In this document: in pieces, positions 20,964 to 29,881 of the stretch | How positions within the stretch are numbered: the stretch's first letter is position 1 | How the letters are laid out: the number at the start of each line of letters is the position of its first letter | DNA from: Candidatus Fermentithermobacillaceae bacterium | Lineage (GTDB): Bacteria > Bacillota > Sulfobacillia > Fermentithermobacillales > DUSS01 | NCBI GenBank assembly: GCA_020725645.1 | Contig: DYEQ01000031.1 | Span: 6,062-70,061, forward strand | Reading direction: 5' to 3' | DNA: 64,000 nt | Notes under the pieces: generated by a model | Database searches by the model: none | What the model saw: the letters and a program-made list of their open reading frames with translations, nothing else | Told to the model about the DNA's origin: nothing | Translations under genes and position numbers: made by a program

Positions 20964-22736
20964 ATGTACTTGGCTTCACCTCTTCCAGCGGTGGTCCAGA
21001 GCGACGGGACGGTCTTTCTAGAGGTGCATAACCCCCTCTTCGAGAGAGCCAGGGATTGCTTCATGAGGTTTTCGGACCTGGTGAAGAGTCCCGAGCACGT
21101 GTACACTTACAGGATATCACCTCTGTCCTTGTGGAACGCAGCTGCCTGCGGCCTTGGTGCGGAACAGATAATCCGCGACATGGAGGCGTTCTCCAGATAC
21201 TCCGTTCCCGAAAGCGTAAAGGACATGATCCGAACCACCGTGGAGAGGTACGGGATTCTGAAGATATCCATGCAAGACGGGAATCTCGTCCTTTCTTCAA
21301 CAGATCCCATGGTGTTCCTGGAAGTCACCTCCAGCGAAAGACTCGCCCCTTACATAGAGGCGAAACACCGGGAAAACACGGTCATCCTCAAGCCCAATTG
21401 CAGGGGACTCGTCAAACAAGCTCTCATCAAGATGGGATATCCCGCTGAGGATCTGGCCGGTTACGTTGACGGCGACCCCCTTGAGGTCCGTCTTCGGAAT
21501 GTGACCAGACGCGGCGTCCCGTTTTCCCTCCGTCCGTATCAAATTGAGGCGTCCAACGCGTTTTACGCGGGCGGGCACCCCGCGGGAGGTAGCGGGGTGA
21601 TCGTGCTCCCCTGTGGAGCTGGAAAGACCGTAGTTGGGCTCGACGTCATGGCCAAACTCTGCACACAGACCCTGATCCTCACCACCAATGTGGTAGCTTT
21701 GCGCCAGTGGATAGACGAGATCCTGGACAAGACGGACCTCAAGGAAGACCAGATCGCCGAGTACAGCGGCGAAAAGAAAGAACTGGCCCCGGTTACGGTC
21801 AGCACCTATCAAATGCTTACTTACAGGAAGAGAGGCGCCGTCCAATACCCTCACTTCTCCATATTCAACGAACGGAACTGGGGACTTATCATTTACGATG
21901 AGGTGCACCTTTTGCCCGCTCCCGTTTTCCGGATAACCGCCGACCTTCAAGCTAAGAGAAGGCTCGGCCTTACAGCAACCCTTCTGAGAGAAGATGGCAG
22001 GGAGGACGACGTTTTTTCCCTCATAGGCCCGAAGAAGTTCGATAAGCCGTGGAAGGAACTGGAGGCCGAGAGCTGGATCGCACAGGCGGAATGTCATGAA
22101 ATCAGAGTCGATCTCGACCAGAAAGACAGACTCGAATACGCGCTGGCCTGCGAAAAGGAAAAGTACAGGGTGGCCGCGGTGAATCGACGCAAGCTCCCGG
22201 TGGTGAGGGCGATAGTGGAAGCTTTGCGGGACGAAAGGATTCTCATCATTGGGCAATACATCGACCAGCTTTCGGAGGTCGCCTCGATGCTGGGTGCTCC
22301 GTTCGTTTCGGGGCAGGCCCGCAACTCGGAGCGCCAGGCGCTTTACGACGCCTTCAAGCGGGGCGAGCTGAAGGTGCTGGTAGCTTCGAAGATAGCTAAC
22401 TTCGCGGTGGATATTCCCGAAGCCAGCGTGGCGATCCAGATCTCCGGAACGTTCGGTTCCCGGCAGGAAGAAGCGCAGCGCCTGGGGAGGATCCTTAGGC
22501 CGAAGTCTTCGGGAAGACCGGCGCGGTTTTACTCCATCGTATCCAGAAACACGAAGGAGCAATTATTCGCCCAGCACAGGCAGCTTTTCCTGACGGAACA
22601 GGGCTACAGATACACGATTTGGGAAGAAAACGCGTTCATACAGGCCATCACGAAAACTCCCACCGGAGACGCTCCGCGCGCGTCCAGCTCCTCGGACGTC
22701 TTGACGAATACCGGTGGAAACGCGCCGGGGAGGTGA
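20964..22736 (+). CDS. XPB/Ssl2/Rad25-like SF2 DNA helicase
   Basis: N-terminal VQSDGTVFLEV..KSPEHVYTYRI, SGVIVLPCGAGKT, DEVH, LGLTATL.RED, GSRQEEAQRLGRILRPK, RQLFLTEQGY. Confidence 0.93.
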   Translation: MYLASPLPAVVQSDGTVFLEVHNPLFERARDCFMRFSDLVKSPEHVYTYRISPLSLWNAAACGLGAEQIIRDMEAFSRYSVPESVKDMIRTTVERYGILKISMQDGNLVLSSTDPMVFLEVTSSERLAPYIEAKHRENTVILKPNCRGLVKQALIKMGYPAEDLAGYVDGDPLEVRLRNVTRRGVPFSLRPYQIEASNAFYAGGHPAGGSGVIVLPCGAGKTVVGLDVMAKLCTQTLILTTNVVALRQWIDEILDKTDLKEDQIAEYSGEKKELAPVTVSTYQMLTYRKRGAVQYPHFSIFNERNWGLIIYDEVHLLPAPVFRITADLQAKRRLGLTATLLREDGREDDVFSLIGPKKFDKPWKELEAESWIAQAECHEIRVDLDQKDRLEYALACEKEKYRVAAVNRRKLPVVRAIVEALRDERILIIGQYIDQLSEVASMLGAPFVSGQARNSERQALYDAFKRGELKVLVASKIANFAVDIPEASVAIQISGTFGSRQEEAQRLGRILRPKSSGRPARFYSIVSRNTKEQLFAQHRQLFLTEQGYRYTIWEENAFIQAITKTPTGDAPRASSSSDVLTNTGGNAPGR

Positions 22737-22743
22737 CGTATTT

Positions 22744-24522
22744 TTGAACCTCCGCGAGTCCCTTTCTTCTCTGCCCCCGGAGAGGCTCGAGGAAATCGCA
22801 GCTTTTTACGGCCTTAGGGTTTGCGAGGAAGTTCAAAGTAATACGTTCCGGGCGGGCGAGTCAGGCTTATCCGGCGATCCGCGTGTACCGGGTGAGCGCG
22901 GCGTCCCTGATGGGCATTTCTCCGAGCTGGTCATGAAAATCACAAGACACCTCCTTGTCCCGGCTAATCTCATGGTCGTGGTAAAGGGACTTGACGAAGA
23001 AGAACTCACAGCCGTACGGCTCATCACCTTGAGCCGGAACGGGGCAGGTGTTGTGATGGAACAGTGTCATCAGCGCCTGAACCAGATCTCGAGAAAGTGG
23101 CGGCGAAACGGGGCCAGGGTGATCGAGGGACTTCTTAAACGCGGACTCGTTTTCACGGAAAAACAGGGTTACCGCCAGGCCTACTACGTACCGGAGGACT
23201 TGAGGTCGATTCTTACCGGCTGGTTTCTCGAAGAGCTATATGCTCAGGCGATGCAACCCGATCCGCCGGGTCGCCATTTTTCCGATCCCAATGCCTGCCT
23301 CAGGCACGTGTTTCTGTTTCTGTCGTACGTGCGAAAGAACGGGTGTAAGCTCACCCAGAACGGCACTCTGTTCAAAAGAACCCAACAGGAGCTGGAAGTC
23401 TTCTTGGGTGGGGACGAAACCGTGGACGACGCCCTGTTCCCGGTGAGATATCCGCCCCGCCTGGCCTTTATCGTGTTCTTCGCCAAGTCGCGGGCTCTGG
23501 TTAAAGAGCAAGACAGCATGCTCGTCCTCGGACCGAAGGCTGCTGAGTGGAGGGCTCAAGACGTCAAGGCCCTGCGCCAAGACTTGTTTGACTACTGGGT
23601 GCAAACGTTCATGGCCCACGATGCGGACCTTACCACCCTGTTCTGGATAATGATGCGCTCTCCGGAAGGTTCGTGGCTTTCCCTGGAAAGCTTGCTCGGG
23701 CAAATGGAAAACCTCACTTTAAACCAAGCCCCCAACGGATTCAGCATCAGAGCCGAGAAGAACCTGGTGGGCGATCTGGAATACCTGGGTGTCCTGGACG
23801 TGTCGAGGAGTTTCGGTAGCACTTCGGTCAGGGTGACTCCCCTTGGTCGAGCTCTGGTTGGCCTCGGTCCCTGGCCTGAAGAAAAGTTCGAAGATAAGAT
23901 TTACGTGGAACCTAACTTCGAAGTGATGGTGCCATGCGGCATCCACCCGGCGGTCCTGTGGGACATCGATTTCGTGGCGGACCTGGTCCGGGCCGACCAG
24001 ATGATGATATTCAAACTCAGCCGCTCCTCCGTATACCGGGCCGTCCAGCATGGAATCGACCCGTCTTCCATGGTGCGTTTTCTCCAGGCACGTGCGGGAT
24101 CGGCTTTGCCCCAAAACGTCGCATACAGCATCGCCCACTGGGCGGGCGCCTACGGGCGCGTCGAGCTCATCGACGCCCTCATCATCAAATGCGATAGCCC
24201 GGAACTGGCCGATGAACTGTCCGTTTCAAGGAAGCTCGGGCCGTACGTGATCGAGCGTCTCGGCCCCCTCTGCCTCAGGATCGACAGATCGGCCTTTGCC
24301 GAGGTGTCACGAGCTCTCGTGGATGAAGGATACATGCCGAAGATTCCGGAAGAGCTCCGGGCATCACGCGAGGTCGCGTTCCTCAGAGAACACGAGAGGT
24401 CTGGCGACGGGCAGAAACCGCCCCTCTCTCCTGGACTTTCTGTCTATGGCGACGACCGCGCCGAAAGAGAAGGCGAGTCCGAGCAGGGCGAAAAGGCCGG
24501 TCAGGAACCCGGGGCTTTCTAA
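22744..24522 (+). CDS. XPB-associated protein with C-terminal helicase-associated (Helicase_C_3 / p52-Tfb2-like) domain
   Basis: C-terminal IYVEPNFEVMV..FKLSRSSVYRAVQHG..LPQNVAYSIAHW..YG aligns with the XPB N-terminus. TTG 22744 follows GGGAGGTG. Confidence 0.8.
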   Translation: MNLRESLSSLPPERLEEIAAFYGLRVCEEVQSNTFRAGESGLSGDPRVPGERGVPDGHFSELVMKITRHLLVPANLMVVVKGLDEEELTAVRLITLSRNGAGVVMEQCHQRLNQISRKWRRNGARVIEGLLKRGLVFTEKQGYRQAYYVPEDLRSILTGWFLEELYAQAMQPDPPGRHFSDPNACLRHVFLFLSYVRKNGCKLTQNGTLFKRTQQELEVFLGGDETVDDALFPVRYPPRLAFIVFFAKSRALVKEQDSMLVLGPKAAEWRAQDVKALRQDLFDYWVQTFMAHDADLTTLFWIMMRSPEGSWLSLESLLGQMENLTLNQAPNGFSIRAEKNLVGDLEYLGVLDVSRSFGSTSVRVTPLGRALVGLGPWPEEKFEDKIYVEPNFEVMVPCGIHPAVLWDIDFVADLVRADQMMIFKLSRSSVYRAVQHGIDPSSMVRFLQARAGSALPQNVAYSIAHWAGAYGRVELIDALIIKCDSPELADELSVSRKLGPYVIERLGPLCLRIDRSAFAEVSRALVDEGYMPKIPEELRASREVAFLREHERSGDGQKPPLSPGLSVYGDDRAEREGESEQGEKAGQEPGAF

Positions 24523-24804
24523 AAGAGTCCCTAGACCGTATCCCGCCAGTCCGGCCGCTCCTGCTCCCAGAAGAGGCATTATGTACATGAGAAAACTGAG
24601 GGTTAAAAAGTCCCTATCCCGGAGCTCGAGTTCGACAACGTCCCCGACTTTCATGGTTCCAGCAGGTCTCGCTTCCACGATAAGGGTGGGATTGGCAAGG
24701 GAAAAATGACCGCACCTTCCGCACCGGCCGCATTGCTCAGTCCGTCTGACCTCTACCTCGACCAGCCCGTTCCGAAAACCGACCACCTTACCAGTTTCCT
24801 TCAC
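24364..24804 (-). CDS. rseC: RseC/MucC family membrane protein
   Basis: MKETGKVV, CxxCxxC, VGDVVELE, LMYIMPLL and two TM helices. Confidence 0.85.
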   Translation of the reverse strand: MKETGKVVGFRNGLVEVEVRRTEQCGRCGRCGHFSLANPTLIVEARPAGTMKVGDVVELELRDRDFLTLSFLMYIMPLLGAGAAGLAGYGLGTLLESPGFLTGLFALLGLAFSFGAVVAIDRKSRREGRFLPVARPLVFSEERDLA

Positions 24805-24867
24805 GGCGCGTTCTCTCCCTCGTCAAATATACTTCATTCGCCCGTTTGAACCCAACCTGAAGGACTG

Positions 24868-26010
24868 CTAGAACAGTATCTTCTGTCTTGTCCAACCCAC
24901 ATTGAGAACGAGACCTATTGCGAATGAGTTCACTATGAGGGCCGAACCTCCGTAGCTTAAGAAGGGCAAGGGCACACCCGTTACCGGCATGATGCCGATG
25001 GTCATCCCGACGTTGACGAAAATGTGGAACAGGAGCATGGAGAAAACCCCCCCGGCCACGATCGTCCCCCTTCTCGTCGGAGCTTTTGACGCAGCCAGGA
25101 TGCAACGGTATAGAAGGAGACCGTAACAGCTCAGTATCGCGACGCTTCCGGCGAAACCCAGCTCTTCGCCGGCTACGGAAAATATGAAGTCCGTGTGCTG
25201 TTCGGGGATAAAGCCCAGCCGGTTCTGGGTCCCTTTGGCCAGCCCTTTGCCCCACCACGTCCCGGACCCGATAGCTATTATCGACTGATTCACCTGGTAC
25301 CTCGAACCCAGCGGATCTCGTTGGGGATCGAATACCGATAGGATCCTGTTGATCTGATAGTCCTCCAGGGGCAACTTGAGACCCGCGTAAAAGTGTAGCA
25401 AAAGAAGACAAACCCCCGTAGCCGCGACGATGGTGAGGAACCTCAGAAGGACCTTCTCGGGTGCGCCCGCAAAGTACACACAGCCCGTGGCCACCGCGAA
25501 AAGCACCAGAGCTGTACCGAGGTCCGGCTGGAGGAGGATGAGGACGGCTGGTGGCGCACAGACGGCGTAAAAGAAGCTCACATCCCAAAAAGTCCCGGGG
25601 GTTCGTTCCCGCCTATCGGCCATATAGGCGAGGAACAAGATCATCGCGAGCTTTGCGACTTCCGAGGGCTGAAAATCGAACACACCCAGGGGGATCCAAC
25701 GGGTCGACCCCATGACCGATTTTCCCACCACGAAGACGGCAGCAAGCAGGAGCATGTTCCCCCCATATAAATACCAGCCCAATCCCACCAAGTCATCGAG
25801 GTTGACGAACGTGCCCGCCACCAAAGCTCCTATGGCGAGACCTGTGAGCAGAATCTGCTTCTTTAGGTAATAATGACCAGGTACATCTCGAGTAGCGCTG
25901 TCAATGAGGGCCAGCGAGAGGAGGTACAGGACGACCGTGCAGCCCACGATGTAGTAATCCAGGTATTTGACGACCCTTCTATCAAAGTGCCCGCTAGGAA
26001 GCTCTATCGT
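24868..26010 (-). CDS. rodA: Rod shape-determining SEDS protein RodA (start uncertain: ACG 26010 or GTG 25947)
   Basis: GSTRWIPLG..FQPSEVAK, QPDLGT, YQVNQSIIAIGSG, PEQHTDFIF, GVPLPFLSYGGS. Confidence 0.93.
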   Translation of the reverse strand, partial: TIELPSGHFDRRVVKYLDYYIVGCTVVLYLLSLALIDSATRDVPGHYYLKKQILLTGLAIGALVAGTFVNLDDLVGLGWYLYGGNMLLLAAVFVVGKSVMGSTRWIPLGVFDFQPSEVAKLAMILFLAYMADRRERTPGTFWDVSFFYAVCAPPAVLILLQPDLGTALVLFAVATGCVYFAGAPEKVLLRFLTIVAATGVCLLLLHFYAGLKLPLEDYQINRILSVFDPQRDPLGSRYQVNQSIIAIGSGTWWGKGLAKGTQNRLGFIPEQHTDFIFSVAGEELGFAGSVAILSCYGLLLYRCILAASKAPTRRGTIVAGGVFSMLLFHIFVNVGMTIGIMPVTGVPLPFLSYGGSALIVNSFAIGLVLNVGWTRQKILF

Positions 26011-26260
26011 CTGACGCGACGCCCCTTTTAACCGATCTTACAGGGATATTCGCTACGAGGGCCGGCTCGCCACCGGTTCGTCGCCACTCCACCTCTATTT
26101 TACCCCTGTCCACGTCGACGTAACGGGAAATCACGTCGACGAGATCTTCTTTCATCCTCTCCATTAACTGGGGGGCAAGAGAGATCCTGTCTTGCATGAG
26201 CACGATACGAAGGCGTTCCCGGGCCACATCACCCGAGTTGCTCCTTCGAAACAGGGACAT
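25994..26260 (-). CDS. minE: Cell division topological specificity factor MinE
   Basis: SGDVARERLRIVLMQDR, LVANIPV. Confidence 0.93.
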   Translation of the reverse strand: MSLFRRSNSGDVARERLRIVLMQDRISLAPQLMERMKEDLVDVISRYVDVDRGKIEVEWRRTGGEPALVANIPVRSVKRGVASDDRAS

Positions 26261-26272
26261 GTTCTGCACCCC

Positions 26273-27067
26273 CTACTCGAGACCGACGAACTTCCGCAAC
26301 CGGCCCCATAATCCCTGAACTTCCGCCAGGTTCATGAAGGGAACCTCTTCCCCTCTCAATCTTCTGGCGATGTTACGAAAAGCTTGGCCCGCCCTGGAGG
26401 AACCGTTAAACACGGCTGGTTCTCCCCTGTTCGTAGAGACGAGTATGGTTTCATCTTCGGGTACCACGCCGATCAGGTCTATAGCTAGAACGTCCAGTAT
26501 ATCGCCGATATCCATCATATCACCGCGATCCACCATCTTCGGCTTTATTCTGTTAACGACCAAAAGCGGCCCCTCAAAACCGGCGGACTCGAGAAGCCCT
26601 ATGACCCTGTCGGCATCCCTTACCGAAGATACGTCTGGCGTCGTTATAACTATAGCTCTATCCGCACCCGCCACGGCGTTTCTGAACCCCTGCTCGATTC
26701 CGGCGGGACAGTCCACGATGACGTAATCGAACTCCTCTTTGAGCTGTCCGACCAGATTCTTCATTTGCTCGGGTGTAACCGCCGTCTTCTCCCTGGTTTG
26801 GGCGGCCGGCAAAAGATACAGCCCTTCTACACGTTTGTCCTTGATCAAAGCTTGCTTGAGCTTGCAGAATCCTTCCACCACATCGACCAAATCATACACG
26901 ATTCGATTTTCCAGCCCCATGACGACATCGAGGTTCCGCAACCCGATGTCCGCATCAACCAGCACGACCTTCTGATTCATCATGGCCAAAGCTGCGCCGA
27001 TGTTGGCGGTGGCCGTAGTCTTGCCTACTCCACCCTTGCCCGAGGTGATTACCAGAGATTCCCCCAC
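26273..27067 (-). CDS. minD: Septum site-determining ATPase MinD
   Basis: SGKGGVGKTT, DADIGLRNLD, DCPAGIEQGF and C-terminal amphipathic helix. Confidence 0.97.
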   Translation of the reverse strand: MGESLVITSGKGGVGKTTATANIGAALAMMNQKVVLVDADIGLRNLDVVMGLENRIVYDLVDVVEGFCKLKQALIKDKRVEGLYLLPAAQTREKTAVTPEQMKNLVGQLKEEFDYVIVDCPAGIEQGFRNAVAGADRAIVITTPDVSSVRDADRVIGLLESAGFEGPLLVVNRIKPKMVDRGDMMDIGDILDVLAIDLIGVVPEDETILVSTNRGEPAVFNGSSRAGQAFRNIARRLRGEEVPFMNLAEVQGLWGRLRKFVGLE

Positions 27068-27083
27068 AGGGTTCCTCCCCTTC

Positions 27084-28016
27084 CTATTTCGTGTTATCCA
27101 TCGCTTCGATGATGATGGCCCCATCCTTTAGACGGGCCGTCTCCGGGCCTTTCCACGGTCCTCGCTCCTCGCCCTCGGGAGGCCTTCCTATGACGTTAGC
27201 GATCCTTATCTGGGTCGGCTCGAGCTTCAAAGCGTAAATCGCGGAGTCCACGTCTCCTCCCGCCCCTGCGTGAGCTATGCCCCGCAACGCCCCCATGACC
27301 ACTATGTCCCCTCCCGCCTGTACTAGGCCCCCCGGGTTCACGTCACCGAGGATCACAAGGTTCCCGGGATGGTAAACCCTCTGCCCTGAGCGAACGGTAC
27401 CGCGATAGAGCAGGGTTTCGACAACCGGCCGGGGCTCTCCGACCCGAAGCTCGGATCCGGAGACCTGTCGCCGCTCGGCCGAAACGCTCGTACGGCTTTG
27501 ATTCCCCGCCCCCTCCAAAAGCTTTCGGGAGACCTCGCGGTAAAGGGCTTCCTTACGCCTGGCATCCATGAACCTACCAGGTCCAGGCATCAAACGTTCT
27601 GTCCGGGAGCTGGTGTCAGATTCGGGCCCCGGGACATAACCTTCTGAAACCCGGGCGGAGCTTCGGGCTTGCAGGCTCGCGGAAGCTTGGATTTGGGATG
27701 CGCTTCCCCAATCTCCCGGCGTCTGCGACGAACCAGCTTTACGCCGGAGCGCGCCGCATCTATCACCGTGGACGACCTTCTTGATTTTCAAGCCATACGG
27801 ACTGAAGACGGCATTCTGAATATCCAGGATCTCATCGGTATCGAGATTCATGCCACCGATATCTAGGATCACCTGCGCGCCCTGAAAGAAGAGCTCCGAT
27901 TTCTCCAGGTGAGACTTGATCTTCTCCTTCAGCACCTTGAGATCTTGCCGGTCGTTCAGGACGAGATACAGCCCATCCTTGGTCCCCGTAAATATTACAT
28001 CCTGCTTTTCGGACAC
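27084..28016 (-). CDS. minC: Septum site-determining protein MinC with expanded linker
   Basis: FTGTKDGL N-domain; TVRSGQ..GNLVILGDVNPG..GALRGIAHAG C-domain. Confidence 0.92.
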   Translation of the reverse strand: MSEKQDVIFTGTKDGLYLVLNDRQDLKVLKEKIKSHLEKSELFFQGAQVILDIGGMNLDTDEILDIQNAVFSPYGLKIKKVVHGDRCGALRRKAGSSQTPGDWGSASQIQASASLQARSSARVSEGYVPGPESDTSSRTERLMPGPGRFMDARRKEALYREVSRKLLEGAGNQSRTSVSAERRQVSGSELRVGEPRPVVETLLYRGTVRSGQRVYHPGNLVILGDVNPGGLVQAGGDIVVMGALRGIAHAGAGGDVDSAIYALKLEPTQIRIANVIGRPPEGEERGPWKGPETARLKDGAIIIEAMDNTK

Positions 28017-28021
28017 CGCGG

Positions 28022-29881
28022 CTACCTCCCCTGAGGAGGGGTCACCTTAAAATACTCCTGGAAAATCGCCCTAGCTACGGGTGCCGCCACCTCCGAACCG
28101 CCGCCGCCCTGGTCTATCAGGACGGCCACGGCGATCTCCGGCGATTCGTAGGGAGCAAACCCGATGAACCAGGCATGTGTCTCTCCCAGGGGATTCTCCG
28201 CAGTCCCCGTTTTCCCTGCAACTGCCACGGGAAAATCGTAAAAGCTCCAGTACGCGGTGCCGCCCTTCTGCGTTACCTTCAGCATTCCCTTCTTGACCTC
28301 GGCTATCACCTGTGCGGGCAAATTCAGGTTTTCCGCGACTTCAGGGGGAAACTCCTTCACAATCCGGCCTTCGGCGTCGAGGATGGCCTTGACCATACGG
28401 GGTTTCATCCTGACTCCGTCGTTGGCTATGGTTTGTGCCACGACGGCCATTTGAAGGGGAGTGTACATATGAAATACCTGTCCCATGGCGACCATCATGT
28501 GCTCGGACAGGAGGAATTCCGGCTCGCTCGCCCTTCCCTCGGAGTAAGCTTTCTCTTTCCACGCGCTCGTAGGAACCGTTCCCGTCGCCTCGCCGAAGAG
28601 GTCGATGCCGGTCTTCTGCCCAAGCCCCATTTGAAAGGCGTACTTAGCTATGGCGTCAGTTCCAAGCCGTCTCCCTAGCTCGTAAAAGAATACGTTGCAG
28701 GATTGTCCCAGGGCATCCTCGAGGTTAACCCTGCCGTGACCTCTTTTTTGCCAGCATCCAAGAGTGGGCGCCATGGGGTGATAACCCTCACAGACGAAGG
28801 TCTCTGCCGGGCTAACCTTGCCTTCCTGCAAGGCAGCTACGGACGTCACCACTTTGAAACAGGAGCCGGGCGGATATAAACCTGATATAGCCAGGTTGAG
28901 AAAACGCCATTTTCCCGTGGACAAAAGCTCCGTCAATTCCCTGTAACTCATTCCTTGGATGAGGCGGTTGGGATCGAAACCGGGTACGGAAGCCATGGCG
29001 AGGACTCCCCCCGTCTTGACGTCGAGCACCACGGCAACACCGGCTTTGGCCTTCGGCTTCTTCTCCAGAGCTTGCATGAGAGCTTCCTCACATACCTTCT
29101 GGAGGGATGTGCTCATTTCCAAAACCAAGGTCTTGCCAGGTTCGGGAGGTACGCCGGGTCCTACGTTCCCCGTGGGCCTGCCCCGGTAATCCACCTCCAC
29201 CTGGTAACCACCGGGTGTCCCTTTGAGATATGACTCATAGTAAGATTCGAGCCCTTCCTGCCCGACCACGTCCCCGATCTTGTAACCCTTAAAACGTTCG
29301 GATTTCAGCTGGGACGAAGTGATTTCTCCCACATGCCCGAGGATTGGGGCAGCTAACGTGCCCCCAGGGTAGTAACGAACGGGTTGGACGTCGATGAACA
29401 CGCCGGGTATCTCGGGGGCGTGCTCAGCTACCTTCACGCACTGCTCCGGCGAGATGTCCTTGACCAAAAGAATCGGCTCGAAGTACCTTCCCGAGTAATC
29501 TCGAATCCTCTTCTGGAGAACGCTCGGGTCCATACCGAGGATCCCCGCAAGCCGGTTAAGCGTCTCGTGAGCTTCGGAGGGATTCACGTACCAGTATAAA
29601 ACGTTATAACACGGCCTGGACGTTACGAGGACTTCCCCATCCCGGTCGACGATCTCCCCCCGGGGAGCTGGTATCGGGGTGATCATCAGGCAGTTTCGCT
29701 TGGAAAGTTCAAGGAATCTCTCTCCTTTTACCACCTGGAGGTTGAAGAGCTGTCCCACGAGGATGGCCAACAAGATGAAAAGGACCAGGCCGGCGATCTT
29801 CCTGCGCCTATCGAGTTCTCTGGCGGGAAGATTGGTCCGTTCTTCCCGGTCCTGATATATGGTCCTTGCGCTTCTCCTCAT
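28022..29881 (-). CDS. mrdA: Penicillin-binding protein 2 (class B)
   Basis: APRGEIVDR, RYYP, GQEGLE, SCFK (SxxK), SCN, KTGTAE. ATG 29881 overlaps the mreD stop. Confidence 0.93.
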   Translation of the reverse strand: MRRSARTIYQDREERTNLPARELDRRRKIAGLVLFILLAILVGQLFNLQVVKGERFLELSKRNCLMITPIPAPRGEIVDRDGEVLVTSRPCYNVLYWYVNPSEAHETLNRLAGILGMDPSVLQKRIRDYSGRYFEPILLVKDISPEQCVKVAEHAPEIPGVFIDVQPVRYYPGGTLAAPILGHVGEITSSQLKSERFKGYKIGDVVGQEGLESYYESYLKGTPGGYQVEVDYRGRPTGNVGPGVPPEPGKTLVLEMSTSLQKVCEEALMQALEKKPKAKAGVAVVLDVKTGGVLAMASVPGFDPNRLIQGMSYRELTELLSTGKWRFLNLAISGLYPPGSCFKVVTSVAALQEGKVSPAETFVCEGYHPMAPTLGCWQKRGHGRVNLEDALGQSCNVFFYELGRRLGTDAIAKYAFQMGLGQKTGIDLFGEATGTVPTSAWKEKAYSEGRASEPEFLLSEHMMVAMGQVFHMYTPLQMAVVAQTIANDGVRMKPRMVKAILDAEGRIVKEFPPEVAENLNLPAQVIAEVKKGMLKVTQKGGTAYWSFYDFPVAVAGKTGTAENPLGETHAWFIGFAPYESPEIAVAVLIDQGGGGSEVAAPVARAIFQEYFKVTPPQGR

